Below are positions 1 to 8,262 of a stretch of 38,064 nucleotides of DNA, one piece after another. How positions within the stretch are numbered: position 1 is the stretch's first letter; each line of letters opens with the position of its first letter. This DNA is from a virus (lineage: Duplodnaviria; Heunggongvirae; Uroviricota; Caudoviricetes): IMG/VR virus record IMGVR_UViG_2526164598_000023; one strand, written 5' to 3'. A program made the translations under genes and the position numbers. Below the pieces are notes generated by a model that worked only from the letters and a program-made list of their open reading frames with translations, was not told where the DNA came from and ran no database searches.

Positions 1-573
1 TTACATTTCAGGTTGCGTTATGACAGTCCCAACAGGGTGGTAGCGGTAGATCGTTGACAGTCCAATATCATAGATAATTGCCAGCCGCTTTCTGTCATAC
101 CCTTTCTGGAGCAATCTTGCGATCTGCTCATGCTGCTCCTTCGTCAGTTTCGGGCGACGTCCTCCAACTCTCCCTTGTGCTCGCGCAGCAGCCAGTCCTG
201 CCAGCGTGCGCTCAACTATCAGTTCACGCTCCATTTCTGCCAGTGCACCCATCATATGAAAAAAGAACCTTCCCATCGGAGTGCTGGTATCGATTGAATC
301 CGTCAGACTGCGAAAATTGACACCTTTTGCGCGTAGCTCTTCTGTGAGAGCAATGAGGTGTTTCATTCTTCTACCCAACCGATCCAGCTTCCAGACCACC
401 AATGTATCCCCTCTTTTAAGGCACTTTAAAGCGCGTTTCAGGCCTGGTCGTTCCGACTTGGTTCCGCTCATTTTGTCCTCAAAAATCTGTTCACATCCTG
501 CGCACATTAATGCATTGCGTTGCAAATCTGTGTTTTGGTCATTTGTTGACACACGTATGTAGCCAATCAGCAT
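1..573 (-). CDS. gin: Serine DNA invertase, Gin/Pin/Hin family (complete, 190 aa)
   Basis: From ATG at 571-573 (minus) the translation begins MLIGYIRVSTNDQNTDLQRNAL, the serine-recombinase catalytic N-terminus, and continues through GDTLVVWKLDRLGR and a C-terminal HTH. AGGGAG-type RBS just upstream; stop at 1-3. The longer track ORF 1..768 is an unsupported upstream extension. Confidence 0.93.
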   Translation of the reverse strand: MLIGYIRVSTNDQNTDLQRNALMCAGCEQIFEDKMSGTKSERPGLKRALKCLKRGDTLVVWKLDRLGRRMKHLIALTEELRAKGVNFRSLTDSIDTSTPMGRFFFHMMGALAEMERELIVERTLAGLAAARAQGRVGGRRPKLTKEQHEQIARLLQKGYDRKRLAIIYDIGLSTIYRYHPVGTVITQPEM

Positions 574-627
574 TAAAAATACTCCCTTTTGAGTGGTTAA
601 AGTACTGAGATAATGTGGGGAGGATTT

Positions 628-653
628 GAGAGATAAACGTTGGTTTGGGGGAA
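628..653. other. hix/gix-like 26-bp recombination site 1, inverted relative to sites 2 and 3
   Basis: Minus-strand reading is TTCCCCCAAACC-AA-CGTTTATCTCTC. Left half and core match the remembered hixL TTCTTGAAAACC-AA-GGTTTTTGATAA. It sits exactly at the boundary where homology between the fibre cassettes begins. Confidence 0.55.
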
Positions 654-771
654 GGCTCTGCACTGCCCGTTGGTGTGCCTGTTCCATGGCCCTCAGCCAC
701 ACCACCAACGGGCTGGCTGAAATGTAACGGTGCAGCATTTTCTTCTGAAATGTACCCCAATCTGGCAAAGG
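642..771 (+). repeat. About 130-bp block, near-identical inverted copy of 2070..2199
   Basis: Reverse complement of 642-771 matches 2070-2199 with a single mismatch by eye. The third copy (2584..2713) has about 8 mismatches. Confidence 0.8.
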
Positions 772-1120
772 CCTACCCCACCAATAAATTACCGGATTTA
801 CGCGGTGAATTTATCCGTGGCTGGGATGATGGGCGAGGAATTGATGCGGCACGCGCTTTATTGAGCATTCAAAACGGGATGTTGGAAAAACACCGCCATA
901 TTGTTGTAGCTAACGATGGATATGACACAAAAGATGAATGGGAGTTGGCTACGATTTTCAAAAAACATATACACAAGGCAGGGGGCTTGATGCCACAAAT
1001 ACAGGAGGGAGTTTGATTCCATCACCAACGCTTCATTCACGAGGAAGTATTGGTAACACAGGTGGTAGTGAAACCCGCCCCCGCAATATTGCATTTAACT
1101 ATATCGTGAGGGCGGCTTAG
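645..1120 (+). pseudogene. Silent tail-fibre C-terminal cassette V3, frame-disrupted
   Basis: Begins at the conserved block with no start codon of its own (in-frame TGA at 627-629). The conserved N-terminal part is in one frame (645..1016) and the conserved C-terminal end ETRPRNIAFNYIVRAA is in another (938..1120). An A6 run (960-965) and a G5 run (981-985) lie in the overlap. Confidence 0.55.
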
Positions 1121-1126
1121 TTATAT

Positions 1127-1738
1127 TCAACTGGCTGCTGCCAGTGGTATTTCCGGCAAGTTGATATCTGGTACCATGTTTATATCCATTGCGTTCAGCG
1201 CGTCTATATAATCCAGCACGGCATTAAGCCGGGTGGTTTCTGCCTGCGTCAACTTCCGCCCGGCCTGCAACTTCAACTGAATCAGACTTATGGAAGCCAT
1301 TGCCGCATCAGCCAGTGACTGGCGCTTGGTTTCTGCCGCTTCTACTGCGGCACGATGTTGTGCCTCAGTATCTGTCACCCATTTTTCACCATCCCATTTA
1401 TCGTATGGTGTTAACGGGGCGATAGTGGTTGTAGTTTTCGGGTAGTCACCCAGCGCCGTGATTTCTTCGGTGTTTCCCGTGTCAGTGCTATAGACGGTTT
1501 CACCACGATGGTCTGGCGCATACTCCCATGAACTTAAATTCTCCGAACGGCGGATAGCATAGCCCGCTTTATGTGCGCCCGGGGCATCTAAACAGGAATT
1601 TGCCGGAATACCGACACCCACAGCAAGATATTCAGTTGATTCGGAAATATATTCCCGTGTCTCACCATCATAGTTATAAACGACGATGTTTCCTGCCTGT
1701 ACGGCAATAAGGTCATCATTTAATATCGCGTTATTCAT
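1127..1738 (-). CDS. Tail fibre assembly protein (Tfa, Mu U / P2 G-like), 203 aa
   Basis: C-terminal region SLADAAMASISLIQLKLQAGRKLTQAETTRLNAVLDYIDALNAMD is the typical tail-fibre chaperone domain. Its ATG overlaps the V2 cassette stop as ATGA (1735-1738). Confidence 0.85.
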   Translation of the reverse strand: MNNAILNDDLIAVQAGNIVVYNYDGETREYISESTEYLAVGVGIPANSCLDAPGAHKAGYAIRRSENLSSWEYAPDHRGETVYSTDTGNTEEITALGDYPKTTTTIAPLTPYDKWDGEKWVTDTEAQHRAAVEAAETKRQSLADAAMASISLIQLKLQAGRKLTQAETTRLNAVLDYIDALNAMDINMVPDINLPEIPLAAAS

Positions 1739-2196
1739 AATGCGGTTCTCACAATATAATTGAAGGCAATATTGCGTGGGCGGTTTTCATTCCCATCTGA
1801 GGATTCCGTTCTGTATTGACTGGTAAATCTACCGTTAATTGCACCTTGCCGGACGGCGTTATCTGTCGACAACAGACTATCCCCTCTTTTGTCATTTGGC
1901 ACCAGTACCGTGTTATCCCACGCATCCCATGACCGAATATTATGATAATGACTTCCTGTTAACCACCCCTGCATGCTTAAGATGCCCCTTCCGGCATCCA
2001 CCCCGCGCCCATCATCCCAGCCACGGATAAACTCACCGCGTAAATCAGGTAATTTTAACGTTGGGTAAACCTTTGCCAGATTTGGGTACATTTCAGAAGA
2101 AAATGCTGCACCGTTACATTTCAGCCAGCCCGTTGGTGGTGTGGCTGAGGGCCATGGAACAGGCACACCAACGGGCAGTGCAGAGCCTTCCCCCAA
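1735..2196 (-). CDS. Silent tail-fibre C-terminal cassette V2 (no own ATG; first codon TTG inside hix-like site 2)
   Basis: Starts with the conserved block and ends NENRPRNIAFNYIVRTAL. Immediately follows the stop of the expressed fibre and is followed by tfa. Confidence 0.7.
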   Translation of the reverse strand: MGEGSALPVGVPVPWPSATPPTGWLKCNGAAFSSEMYPNLAKVYPTLKLPDLRGEFIRGWDDGRGVDAGRGILSMQGWLTGSHYHNIRSWDAWDNTVLVPNDKRGDSLLSTDNAVRQGAINGRFTSQYRTESSDGNENRPRNIAFNYIVRTAL

Positions 2197-2199
2197 ACC
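2070..2199 (-). repeat. About 130-bp block, near-identical inverted copy of 642..771
   Basis: See 642..771. Confidence 0.8.
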
Positions 2200-2213
2200 A
2201 ACGTTTTCATGCG
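2188..2213. other. hix/gix-like recombination site 2
   Basis: Plus strand TTCCCCCAAACC-AA-CGTTTTCATGCG. Contains the TGA stop of the expressed fibre (2207-2209) and the first codons of cassette V2. Confidence 0.55.
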
Positions 2214-3367
2214 GCTCTTACGATGTAATTAAATGCAACGTTGCGAGGGCGAGTTTCTGTACCTACATTTCCACTAATTTCACCAAACCGTCTTACATTA
2301 CGAGAGCTAATGGCTCGTAGTGAGGAAGGCACCTTTAAACCGGGTTCGTCTGTTTTAACTATTCCCCCGTCCCCGTATGTAGCCAGTATTCCAGGGTTTA
2401 CTCCTTCCCGTGTGCTTCCCGTGGCAAGTCCATCCCCGGTCCATAATTCCATATAGTGTGCATGATCCAAAATTGTGTGTGGCTGCCAATTAAGCAAAGC
2501 GCGGCCAGCATCCACCCCGCGCCCATCATCCCAGCCGCGAATAAATTCTCCCCGTAAATCCGGTAATTTATTGGCGGGGTAGGCCTTTGCCAGATTGGGG
2601 TACATTTCAGAAGAAAATGCTGCACCGTTACATTTCAGCCACCCCGTTGGCGGCGTGGCTGAAGGCCATGGAACGGGCACACCAACGGGCAGCGCCGAGC
2701 CTTCCCCTAAACCAAGGTAATTGAGGACTTCTTTTATACTGCCCATAGCGATAATAGCGCGACCAATAGCTGTAAGGGTTGTCAGTGCTGCGCGGTCTGC
2801 TCCGGTAAAATAAGGCAACCGATCTGCTGCAGTGGCAAGTCCTGCCAGAGCAGTGAGCGTGGCATCTGCCGGTTGTTTTCCGTTTGCCAGATCGTATGCA
2901 GCCTTGACCGCTTTCGGTGTGGCGGCCAGTATTTCAGACGTGCTGTTGATGTCACTGCTCAATTGTACGGTGCCTTTTGCCGTCAGCGAGGCAGCAGGCA
3001 CTCCCGTTATCTGACTCCACGGGTGAGTATGGCTGACGGGGGCCTTGCCGGCAGCCAGGTCATATGCAGCCTTGACGGCCTTTGGTGTGGCGGCCAGCGT
3101 TTCAGAGGTGCTGTTGGTGGCACTGCTCAGTTGGGTGAACCCCTTAGCTGTCAGTGTCGCGTCCGGGTGGTTACGGGAACGTACGTGTTCAGCCAGTGAC
3201 TGTGCGGCTTCCTCCGTTTTTTTCTTCAGCCATTTCGTCCTGTTTGCCAGTTGCCGGGGGGCTCGATTTGATATCCCGTCTGCACCACCCAGAACCGGAT
3301 CTGATGTCTCCAGTTGATAGATATTTTCTTCCCACTTTTCTGTTTCATTCAGGTTTCCCATAATCAA
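2207..3367 (-). CDS. Tail fibre protein (Mu S / P2 H-like), constant N-terminal part fused to cassette V1, 386 aa
   Basis: Contains P2 H-like repeats (HPDATLTAKGFTQLSSATNSTSETLAATPKAVKAAYDLA) and QPADATLTALAGLATAADRLPYFTG, then the conserved cassette block, and ends ETRPRNVAFNYIVRAA. Confidence 0.9.
   Translation of the reverse strand: MIMGNLNETEKWEENIYQLETSDPVLGGADGISNRAPRQLANRTKWLKKKTEEAAQSLAEHVRSRNHPDATLTAKGFTQLSSATNSTSETLAATPKAVKAAYDLAAGKAPVSHTHPWSQITGVPAASLTAKGTVQLSSDINSTSEILAATPKAVKAAYDLANGKQPADATLTALAGLATAADRLPYFTGADRAALTTLTAIGRAIIAMGSIKEVLNYLGLGEGSALPVGVPVPWPSATPPTGWLKCNGAAFSSEMYPNLAKAYPANKLPDLRGEFIRGWDDGRGVDAGRALLNWQPHTILDHAHYMELWTGDGLATGSTREGVNPGILATYGDGGIVKTDEPGLKVPSSLRAISSRNVRRFGEISGNVGTETRPRNVAFNYIVRAA
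2702..2727. other. hix/gix-like recombination site 3, at the constant/variable junction of the expressed fibre
   Basis: Plus strand TTCCCCTAAACC-AA-GGTAATTGAGGA. The central AAACCAAGGT is identical to the remembered hixL centre. Encodes ...LNYLGLGE. Confidence 0.6.
2885..3163 (-). repeat. Two tandem repeat units of about 108 nt inside the tail fibre gene, period 171 nt (57 codons)
   Basis: 2891-2950 and 3058-3120 are about 85% identical. They encode the two LTAKG..QLSS..NSTSE.LAATPKAVKAAYDLA units. Confidence 0.7.
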
Positions 3368-3942
3368 CTGCTCCCGTGGTTATAACTGCCATCATGGATG
3401 GCGGTATTGTTATAGCGAATGGCCACAGACTGATACTCCAGGCTGGCCAGATGGCAGCGGGCCGGTGCAAATGCAGCCAGCGTCTGACGCAGCATCGCGG
3501 CCTGATCGTTAGTAATGGGCTGTTTCAGAATAACGCGATAAACTGCCCAGGCGGCTGCATCTCCATGAACAAACAGTCCGTTATAGCTGCGATTGCCGTC
3601 GTAACTGAGACGACCTGTGCCTTCAATCAGATCCACTTCACCAAAGCCAAAACGGCGGATAACTTCCCGGATTGACCACGGCGTCCCTTTATACCGGTGC
3701 AGTTCGATGGCTGCTTTTATAAGCATGCGGCGAACATCGTCCGATTCCGCCAGCTCCCAGCCATCGCCAGACAGTGAGAACTGCTCGCCCAGCCATGGCA
3801 GCGCGGAACTGTCGACGATATCGACGAGAAAGACCATCAGTACGCTCAGGTCGATGTTATCCAGCCGTCCTGCCAGTCTTCCCAGCGTCCTGAGACTGAT
3901 ATCACCCTCAAGCGGTGGCGGGAGTTGTAATGGCTCAGTCAT
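3364..3942 (-). CDS. Tail/baseplate protein, P2 gpI / Mu gp48-like, 192 aa
   Basis: Located between baseplate J and the tail fibre; family assigned from position and remembered similarity. Confidence 0.6.
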   Translation of the reverse strand: MTEPLQLPPPLEGDISLRTLGRLAGRLDNIDLSVLMVFLVDIVDSSALPWLGEQFSLSGDGWELAESDDVRRMLIKAAIELHRYKGTPWSIREVIRRFGFGEVDLIEGTGRLSYDGNRSYNGLFVHGDAAAWAVYRVILKQPITNDQAAMLRQTLAAFAPARCHLASLEYQSVAIRYNNTAIHDGSYNHGSS

Positions 3943-5038
3943 CAGACACTCCAGTCATGTTAAGAGTGATTGCCGTACAGTTTGCCCATTCGTTTTCTGC
4001 CACCACCCGCAGTGCCGGTGTCACCAGTTCAACCTGGTACACCCCGGAAACGGACAATGCACTGATAATCTGGCTGGGGACAATATCGCGCCCCAGCGTG
4101 GCGGCACGTGATGCCACCCAGTTCTGTATGGCGCTGTTAGCGGCATCTTTTACAGACCTGGCATCCTGATCACGATAGATCGTAATCTTGGCTTCAATGG
4201 TGTAATCCACCTTCACTGGTGTTTTAGCCCGCACTGTATCAGTGAGTGGCCTGACTTTCTCATCAGAGCAGAAACTCTCTACCAGCGTGAGAACACCGCC
4301 GTCCGGCAGACCGGTACTGAGCAGCGGATACAGATCTACGGTCCCGGGAACCGGGGAAAGCACAGCAACATCGACAATGTTGGGATGGGCCTGCATGGCA
4401 TGAAAGCGGTATGCGCCACGGCTTCCGGCATTGGTGAATGACTCCGGGGCCAGCCTGATACGCTCCCGGAGCCTGTCATCGTCTTCCTGTTCTGAACCGC
4501 CGGAACTGGCCGTCAGATTGCTCACCAGCAGGTCGACGTTATCAATCTCATCGAGTAACTGACTGACCTGCGCAGGTTGCCAGCCGTTACCAGCGGTACC
4601 GGGTTCGGTACAGGTGGACGTGACATTGACCAGCAGCAATCCGGCCTTCAGTACCACATCTGTATCGGTGGCAAAAATAACGCTGTCGGAAGCGCTGACG
4701 CGGGTGCCTGCCGGGATCAGCACATCAATGGCCAGTGCCTCATCTACGGAGAACTGGAGCGTGGTAGTGGCAGGCTGCGCGGCAAGACGGTATACACCGA
4801 CCAGTTCACCGAGGTAATCAATCATCGGCTCACGGGCAAAGGCGACCAGATTCTGCTTTGCTGCCTCCTGTACCGCAACCCTGACCAGCATTTCGCGATA
4901 GGCCCACAGATCAATCAGCAGACGTTCTGCCTGTGCCGGGTACAGCGTTTTGCCGGTATCCGCTTCATACTTCGCAATCATTTCTGCCGTGATTTTGTCG
5001 GCATCGCGTTCAATAAAATCGGGTTCTGTCAGCGCCAT
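3935..5038 (-). CDS. Baseplate protein J-like (Mu gp47 / P2 gpJ), 367 aa
   Basis: Size and position between gpW-like and gpI-like genes; start overlaps the upstream gene end. Confidence 0.7.
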   Translation of the reverse strand: MALTEPDFIERDADKITAEMIAKYEADTGKTLYPAQAERLLIDLWAYREMLVRVAVQEAAKQNLVAFAREPMIDYLGELVGVYRLAAQPATTTLQFSVDEALAIDVLIPAGTRVSASDSVIFATDTDVVLKAGLLLVNVTSTCTEPGTAGNGWQPAQVSQLLDEIDNVDLLVSNLTASSGGSEQEDDDRLRERIRLAPESFTNAGSRGAYRFHAMQAHPNIVDVAVLSPVPGTVDLYPLLSTGLPDGGVLTLVESFCSDEKVRPLTDTVRAKTPVKVDYTIEAKITIYRDQDARSVKDAANSAIQNWVASRAATLGRDIVPSQIISALSVSGVYQVELVTPALRVVAENEWANCTAITLNMTGVSDD

Positions 5039-5376
5039 AGCAGCTCCTGAGTCCGGGTCTGTCCGTCTGAGCCTTTCCAGCTCACCCGGAGCGTAAGATG
5101 TTCGCCGTCGACGGCGGGTTTAACTGACATAAGCTGGCAGCGGGGCTCCCAGCGCCGGATGGCATCGACGGATTCGCGCACCACATGCGGAATGGCCCGG
5201 TCTACAGGCCAGTCGATATAAAGATGCAGATTGCTGCCGAACTCCGGGCGATGCGGGTCGCTGCCGCGGGGAGTCCGCAGGATAATTTGAATCGCCTGCC
5301 GGATATCATCCAGCCCCCGGACAATTTCGCCGGGAGCCTGCAGGGTCGGTTGCCAGAATACTGAGGTTGTTTTCAT
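5029..5376 (-). CDS. Baseplate protein, GPW/gp25-like, 115 aa
   Basis: Small protein between spike and J; family assigned from position and size. Confidence 0.6.
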   Translation of the reverse strand: MKTTSVFWQPTLQAPGEIVRGLDDIRQAIQIILRTPRGSDPHRPEFGSNLHLYIDWPVDRAIPHVVRESVDAIRRWEPRCQLMSVKPAVDGEHLTLRVSWKGSDGQTRTQELLWR

Positions 5377-5430
5377 GGGGGCAGTATTGCCCCCGTGCGG
5401 GAACGCTGATATTAAAGGCGTTTAAAAAGC

Positions 5431-6027
5431 TCAGTGGGAGTGGTGGCTGGAGTTTTCGCCATCAGACAACATACTGCCCGTGGCATGGGCATTCCCTTTA
5501 ATCTCGATATTGCCATGGATGGTCGCGGTAACACCTTCACCACCAGAACCCGCCATGCCTCCTTCGTAAATCAGCTTACCCCTGACACGCAGATCTCCGG
5601 TAAGTTCGGTTTCCGGTGCGTCAATCGTGGCTTTCTGTGTTTTCAATACCACATCAGCACCACACTCAATGACAATATGCTCAATGCCGCCCCGGATGGT
5701 CAGAGTGTGCGTCTTCCGGTTGTAGCTGTACTCTGCACCATCAGCAAACCGGGTTCCCCGGATATTTTTGTCACTGAACGGTGGTTTATCGACGTCTGAA
5801 TACACCGCGCCCAGAATAACACCATCCTCGCCGTTGGCATCGAGCAGCACCTCAACCTGCTCCCCCACGTCAGGGAGCCAGTAATCTTTGTTATCCTGGG
5901 TATTGCGCTGCAGCACGTTAAGCCAGTTTGTGCGCAGGTTATCGCATTCAGGCAGACGAACGCGGGCCTGAACCCTGTCGGCATCAACGGCACTGACCGT
6001 ACCGACCTGACGAGTGACACCAGTCAT
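5431..6027 (-). CDS. Baseplate spike protein, gpV-like, 198 aa
   Basis: gpV-like size and position; His-rich C-terminal tip SSHHSH. Confidence 0.7.
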   Translation of the reverse strand: MTGVTRQVGTVSAVDADRVQARVRLPECDNLRTNWLNVLQRNTQDNKDYWLPDVGEQVEVLLDANGEDGVILGAVYSDVDKPPFSDKNIRGTRFADGAEYSYNRKTHTLTIRGGIEHIVIECGADVVLKTQKATIDAPETELTGDLRVRGKLIYEGGMAGSGGEGVTATIHGNIEIKGNAHATGSMLSDGENSSHHSH

Positions 6028-7178
6028 TTTTTCTTCTCCTTAATCACCGTCGATGTACTGCCATCCGGGTGATAAACCGTGAGTTTCTGAGTTTTTTGTT
6101 TTTTCCCTCTTGTGACTGGCCCCCGTGCCACTTCCAGCTCTGTGGTGTAGCCGCTGTTACGGTCAAACGCATGGCGGGCAGTGGTTATGAGCCATGGCCC
6201 GGATAACTGCCCAAAACCCACCAGTTCAATTTTGTTGCCTGCTGTCAGTTGAGGTGTTCCCGTCAGCGTCAGGGAGCCGTTCTGCTGGTATTCGTTATGT
6301 CTGGCCAGTGCTGAATCCGCTTTAATCCGGGCACTGTCCGGGTCGCTGACGCGGCTGTTAACTTTAAGTGAGTCAGCGCTGGTAACCTTACCACCTTTGA
6401 GCTTTTTGTCGCTTTCACGGGTACCACCATCAGCTTCGTAGACGATCAGTTTTTTACTGCTGCTTTTCTGGTGTTTTACCTTTGCAGATTTATAGACCCG
6501 GTTGATGGTGTCACGCAGGGAAAAGCGGGCCACATCCTGCGGTTTTAACTGCCTGACCGGCTCCTGACTGCGCAGTGTGGCCAGATGAGAAAAAATCAGC
6601 TGGTCACTGACCACTTTCACTGCATAACCATACTCGCTGGCCAGCCGGCGCAGAAAACCCACGTCGGTTTCAGCATACTGGGTCACCCGGTCGATTCTGA
6701 TGGACTCAATGCTGCCCACCAGTTTCAGTCGGTGCTTTCTGGCAATCCGCCCCGCAACAGCTGCCAGCGTGGTGTTCTCAAAACCACGACTGGTTTTAGT
6801 CCGCAGGGCACTGTTAACCGAGGTGGCCACCCCACGGATAGAAACAACGGAAGCGGGCGAACTCACTTCGATCTCGTCTATAGAGAACGTACCGCAGGAC
6901 AGCAGCTTCTCGCCCTGATAGCCCATTTTCAGCGTCAGCGTGTCACCCTTGCCCGGATACCATTTATCCAGCCAGCGGCCATCGGTGTCGTCCAGCTCCA
7001 CCTCAATGGTATCGGACTCATTTTTGATGTTATCGCTCCAGGTCACACGGGTGACATAAGGCGCGATATCAGAGGTGATGTTTTTCTGCAGATACCACAA
7101 AGTGAACACCGGTGTCAGCACATCGCTGACGCCGGTTAACGCTGATGTGACTTGCGCAGTGCTGTTTATCTCAGCCAT
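6024..7178 (-). CDS. Tail/baseplate hub protein, P2 gpD / Mu P (gp44)-like, 384 aa
   Basis: Position after the tape measure, N-like and X-like genes; size typical for gpD. Confidence 0.6.
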   Translation of the reverse strand: MAEINSTAQVTSALTGVSDVLTPVFTLWYLQKNITSDIAPYVTRVTWSDNIKNESDTIEVELDDTDGRWLDKWYPGKGDTLTLKMGYQGEKLLSCGTFSIDEIEVSSPASVVSIRGVATSVNSALRTKTSRGFENTTLAAVAGRIARKHRLKLVGSIESIRIDRVTQYAETDVGFLRRLASEYGYAVKVVSDQLIFSHLATLRSQEPVRQLKPQDVARFSLRDTINRVYKSAKVKHQKSSSKKLIVYEADGGTRESDKKLKGGKVTSADSLKVNSRVSDPDSARIKADSALARHNEYQQNGSLTLTGTPQLTAGNKIELVGFGQLSGPWLITTARHAFDRNSGYTTELEVARGPVTRGKKQKTQKLTVYHPDGSTSTVIKEKKK

Positions 7179-7381
7179 GGGGCAATATCCTCTTCTGTAC
7201 GGGCTTCTTCAGCCTCAATCACCGGGATCAGTAACAACAGCCCGGAGGGCAGCACCGGCGTGATGGCCACGTGCGGATTGGCGGCAATAATCCGGGGATA
7301 GCCCAGCGGGTCACCGTAGTACTGCCATGCCAGCGAATCCCAGCGCTCTCCGTCACGGGTAACATGTTCAAGAAACATCAC
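7166..7381 (-). CDS. Tail protein X-like (P2 gpX), 71 aa
   Basis: Pattern W..L...YYGD.......IAANP resembles the small gpX family. Confidence 0.5.
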   Translation of the reverse strand: MMFLEHVTRDGERWDSLAWQYYGDPLGYPRIIAANPHVAITPVLPSGLLLLIPVIEAEEARTEEDIAPWLR

Positions 7382-8262
7382 ACACTCCTCGTCAGTATTC
7401 TGGCGGCCATTGCACTTAATCCCGGAGACATGCGGTTGAATGCTGTGCCGGCGGCGTTAAGCTGCCCGGAAACGGTATCCAGAGCATCTGCAATATTTCT
7501 TTTGTCCACACCACTCAGCGCAGACTGTGCCTGCTGTACATACGTGGCTGCTTCGCTGGCTGTTCTGGCCAGACTGATGGCATCGGGCATGGATTCAGAG
7601 AGTGCGTTAAACGCCGGAACACTTTTCCCCAGAGCCCCGGAGATATTACCCAGTCCGCTCATCAGCCCCGGCACACGGGTCAGTGCGACAACGGGGTTAT
7701 CCTTCATTTTCTGTGTCACCCGAACGGCGCTGATAGTGGTCTGGAGTACAGACTGCGCCTGTTTCGCATAGTTGACGCCGTTGCGGATGAACTGCGCCAC
7801 CCCTGAAGGTGAAGGTATGGCACCGGAGACCGCCCCGACACCCGGGAGCTTCGTGCGTATTGCCGGTGGTTGCAGAGGATTTTTCGGGTCACCGGTGTAT
7901 TCCCGGAGAGACACGGTGGCACTGACAGCCAGCACGTTGCCGGTACTGTCAGTCTGCTCGCTGGTTGCAGTCACATCGGTAATCACGAACCAGCCGCGAT
8001 AGTCACCGTTGCCGAAGACCAGCGCCAGTGCCTGATGGGCTTTCATGGCTGTTCGCAGTCTCGCCAGCTCCACATCGGGTACACAATAATGCTGATGGAA
8101 AACCAGAGTTATCTGGATTTCGTCCAGCCTGTCGCCGACGAACTGCAGGCCAGGCTTACCCCCGATGCGGGCATGCTCCGCATAATCGACGCCGAACGTG
8201 GCCTCGAAGCCGTCCCAGTAGGTAATCAGCTCAAACTCAATATCACCCAGTACGGCAAACAT
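7378..8262 (-). CDS. Tail protein, Mu N / P2 gpU-like (DNA circularisation protein family), 294 aa
   Basis: Immediately downstream of the tape measure; N-terminus MFAVLGDIEFEL. Confidence 0.5.
   Translation of the reverse strand: MFAVLGDIEFELITYWDGFEATFGVDYAEHARIGGKPGLQFVGDRLDEIQITLVFHQHYCVPDVELARLRTAMKAHQALALVFGNGDYRGWFVITDVTATSEQTDSTGNVLAVSATVSLREYTGDPKNPLQPPAIRTKLPGVGAVSGAIPSPSGVAQFIRNGVNYAKQAQSVLQTTISAVRVTQKMKDNPVVALTRVPGLMSGLGNISGALGKSVPAFNALSESMPDAISLARTASEAATYVQQAQSALSGVDKRNIADALDTVSGQLNAAGTAFNRMSPGLSAMAARILTRSV

Larger units (their letters stand above)
628..2727. other. Multi-site invertible tail-fibre cassette region (three cassettes, one tfa, three hix-like sites)
   Basis: Bounded by site 1 and site 3 in inverted orientation, with site 2 internal; adjacent to the invertase gene. 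Cassette starts share a conserved block (GEGSALPVGVPVPWPSATPPTGWLKCNGAAFSSEMYPNLAK). Confidence 0.7.

Noticed and set aside
574-768. N-terminal extension of the invertase ORF (track ORF 1..768)
   Set aside because: The invertase family N-terminus starts at MLIGYIRVST with its own RBS; the 65 upstream codons run through the promoter region and hix-like site 1.
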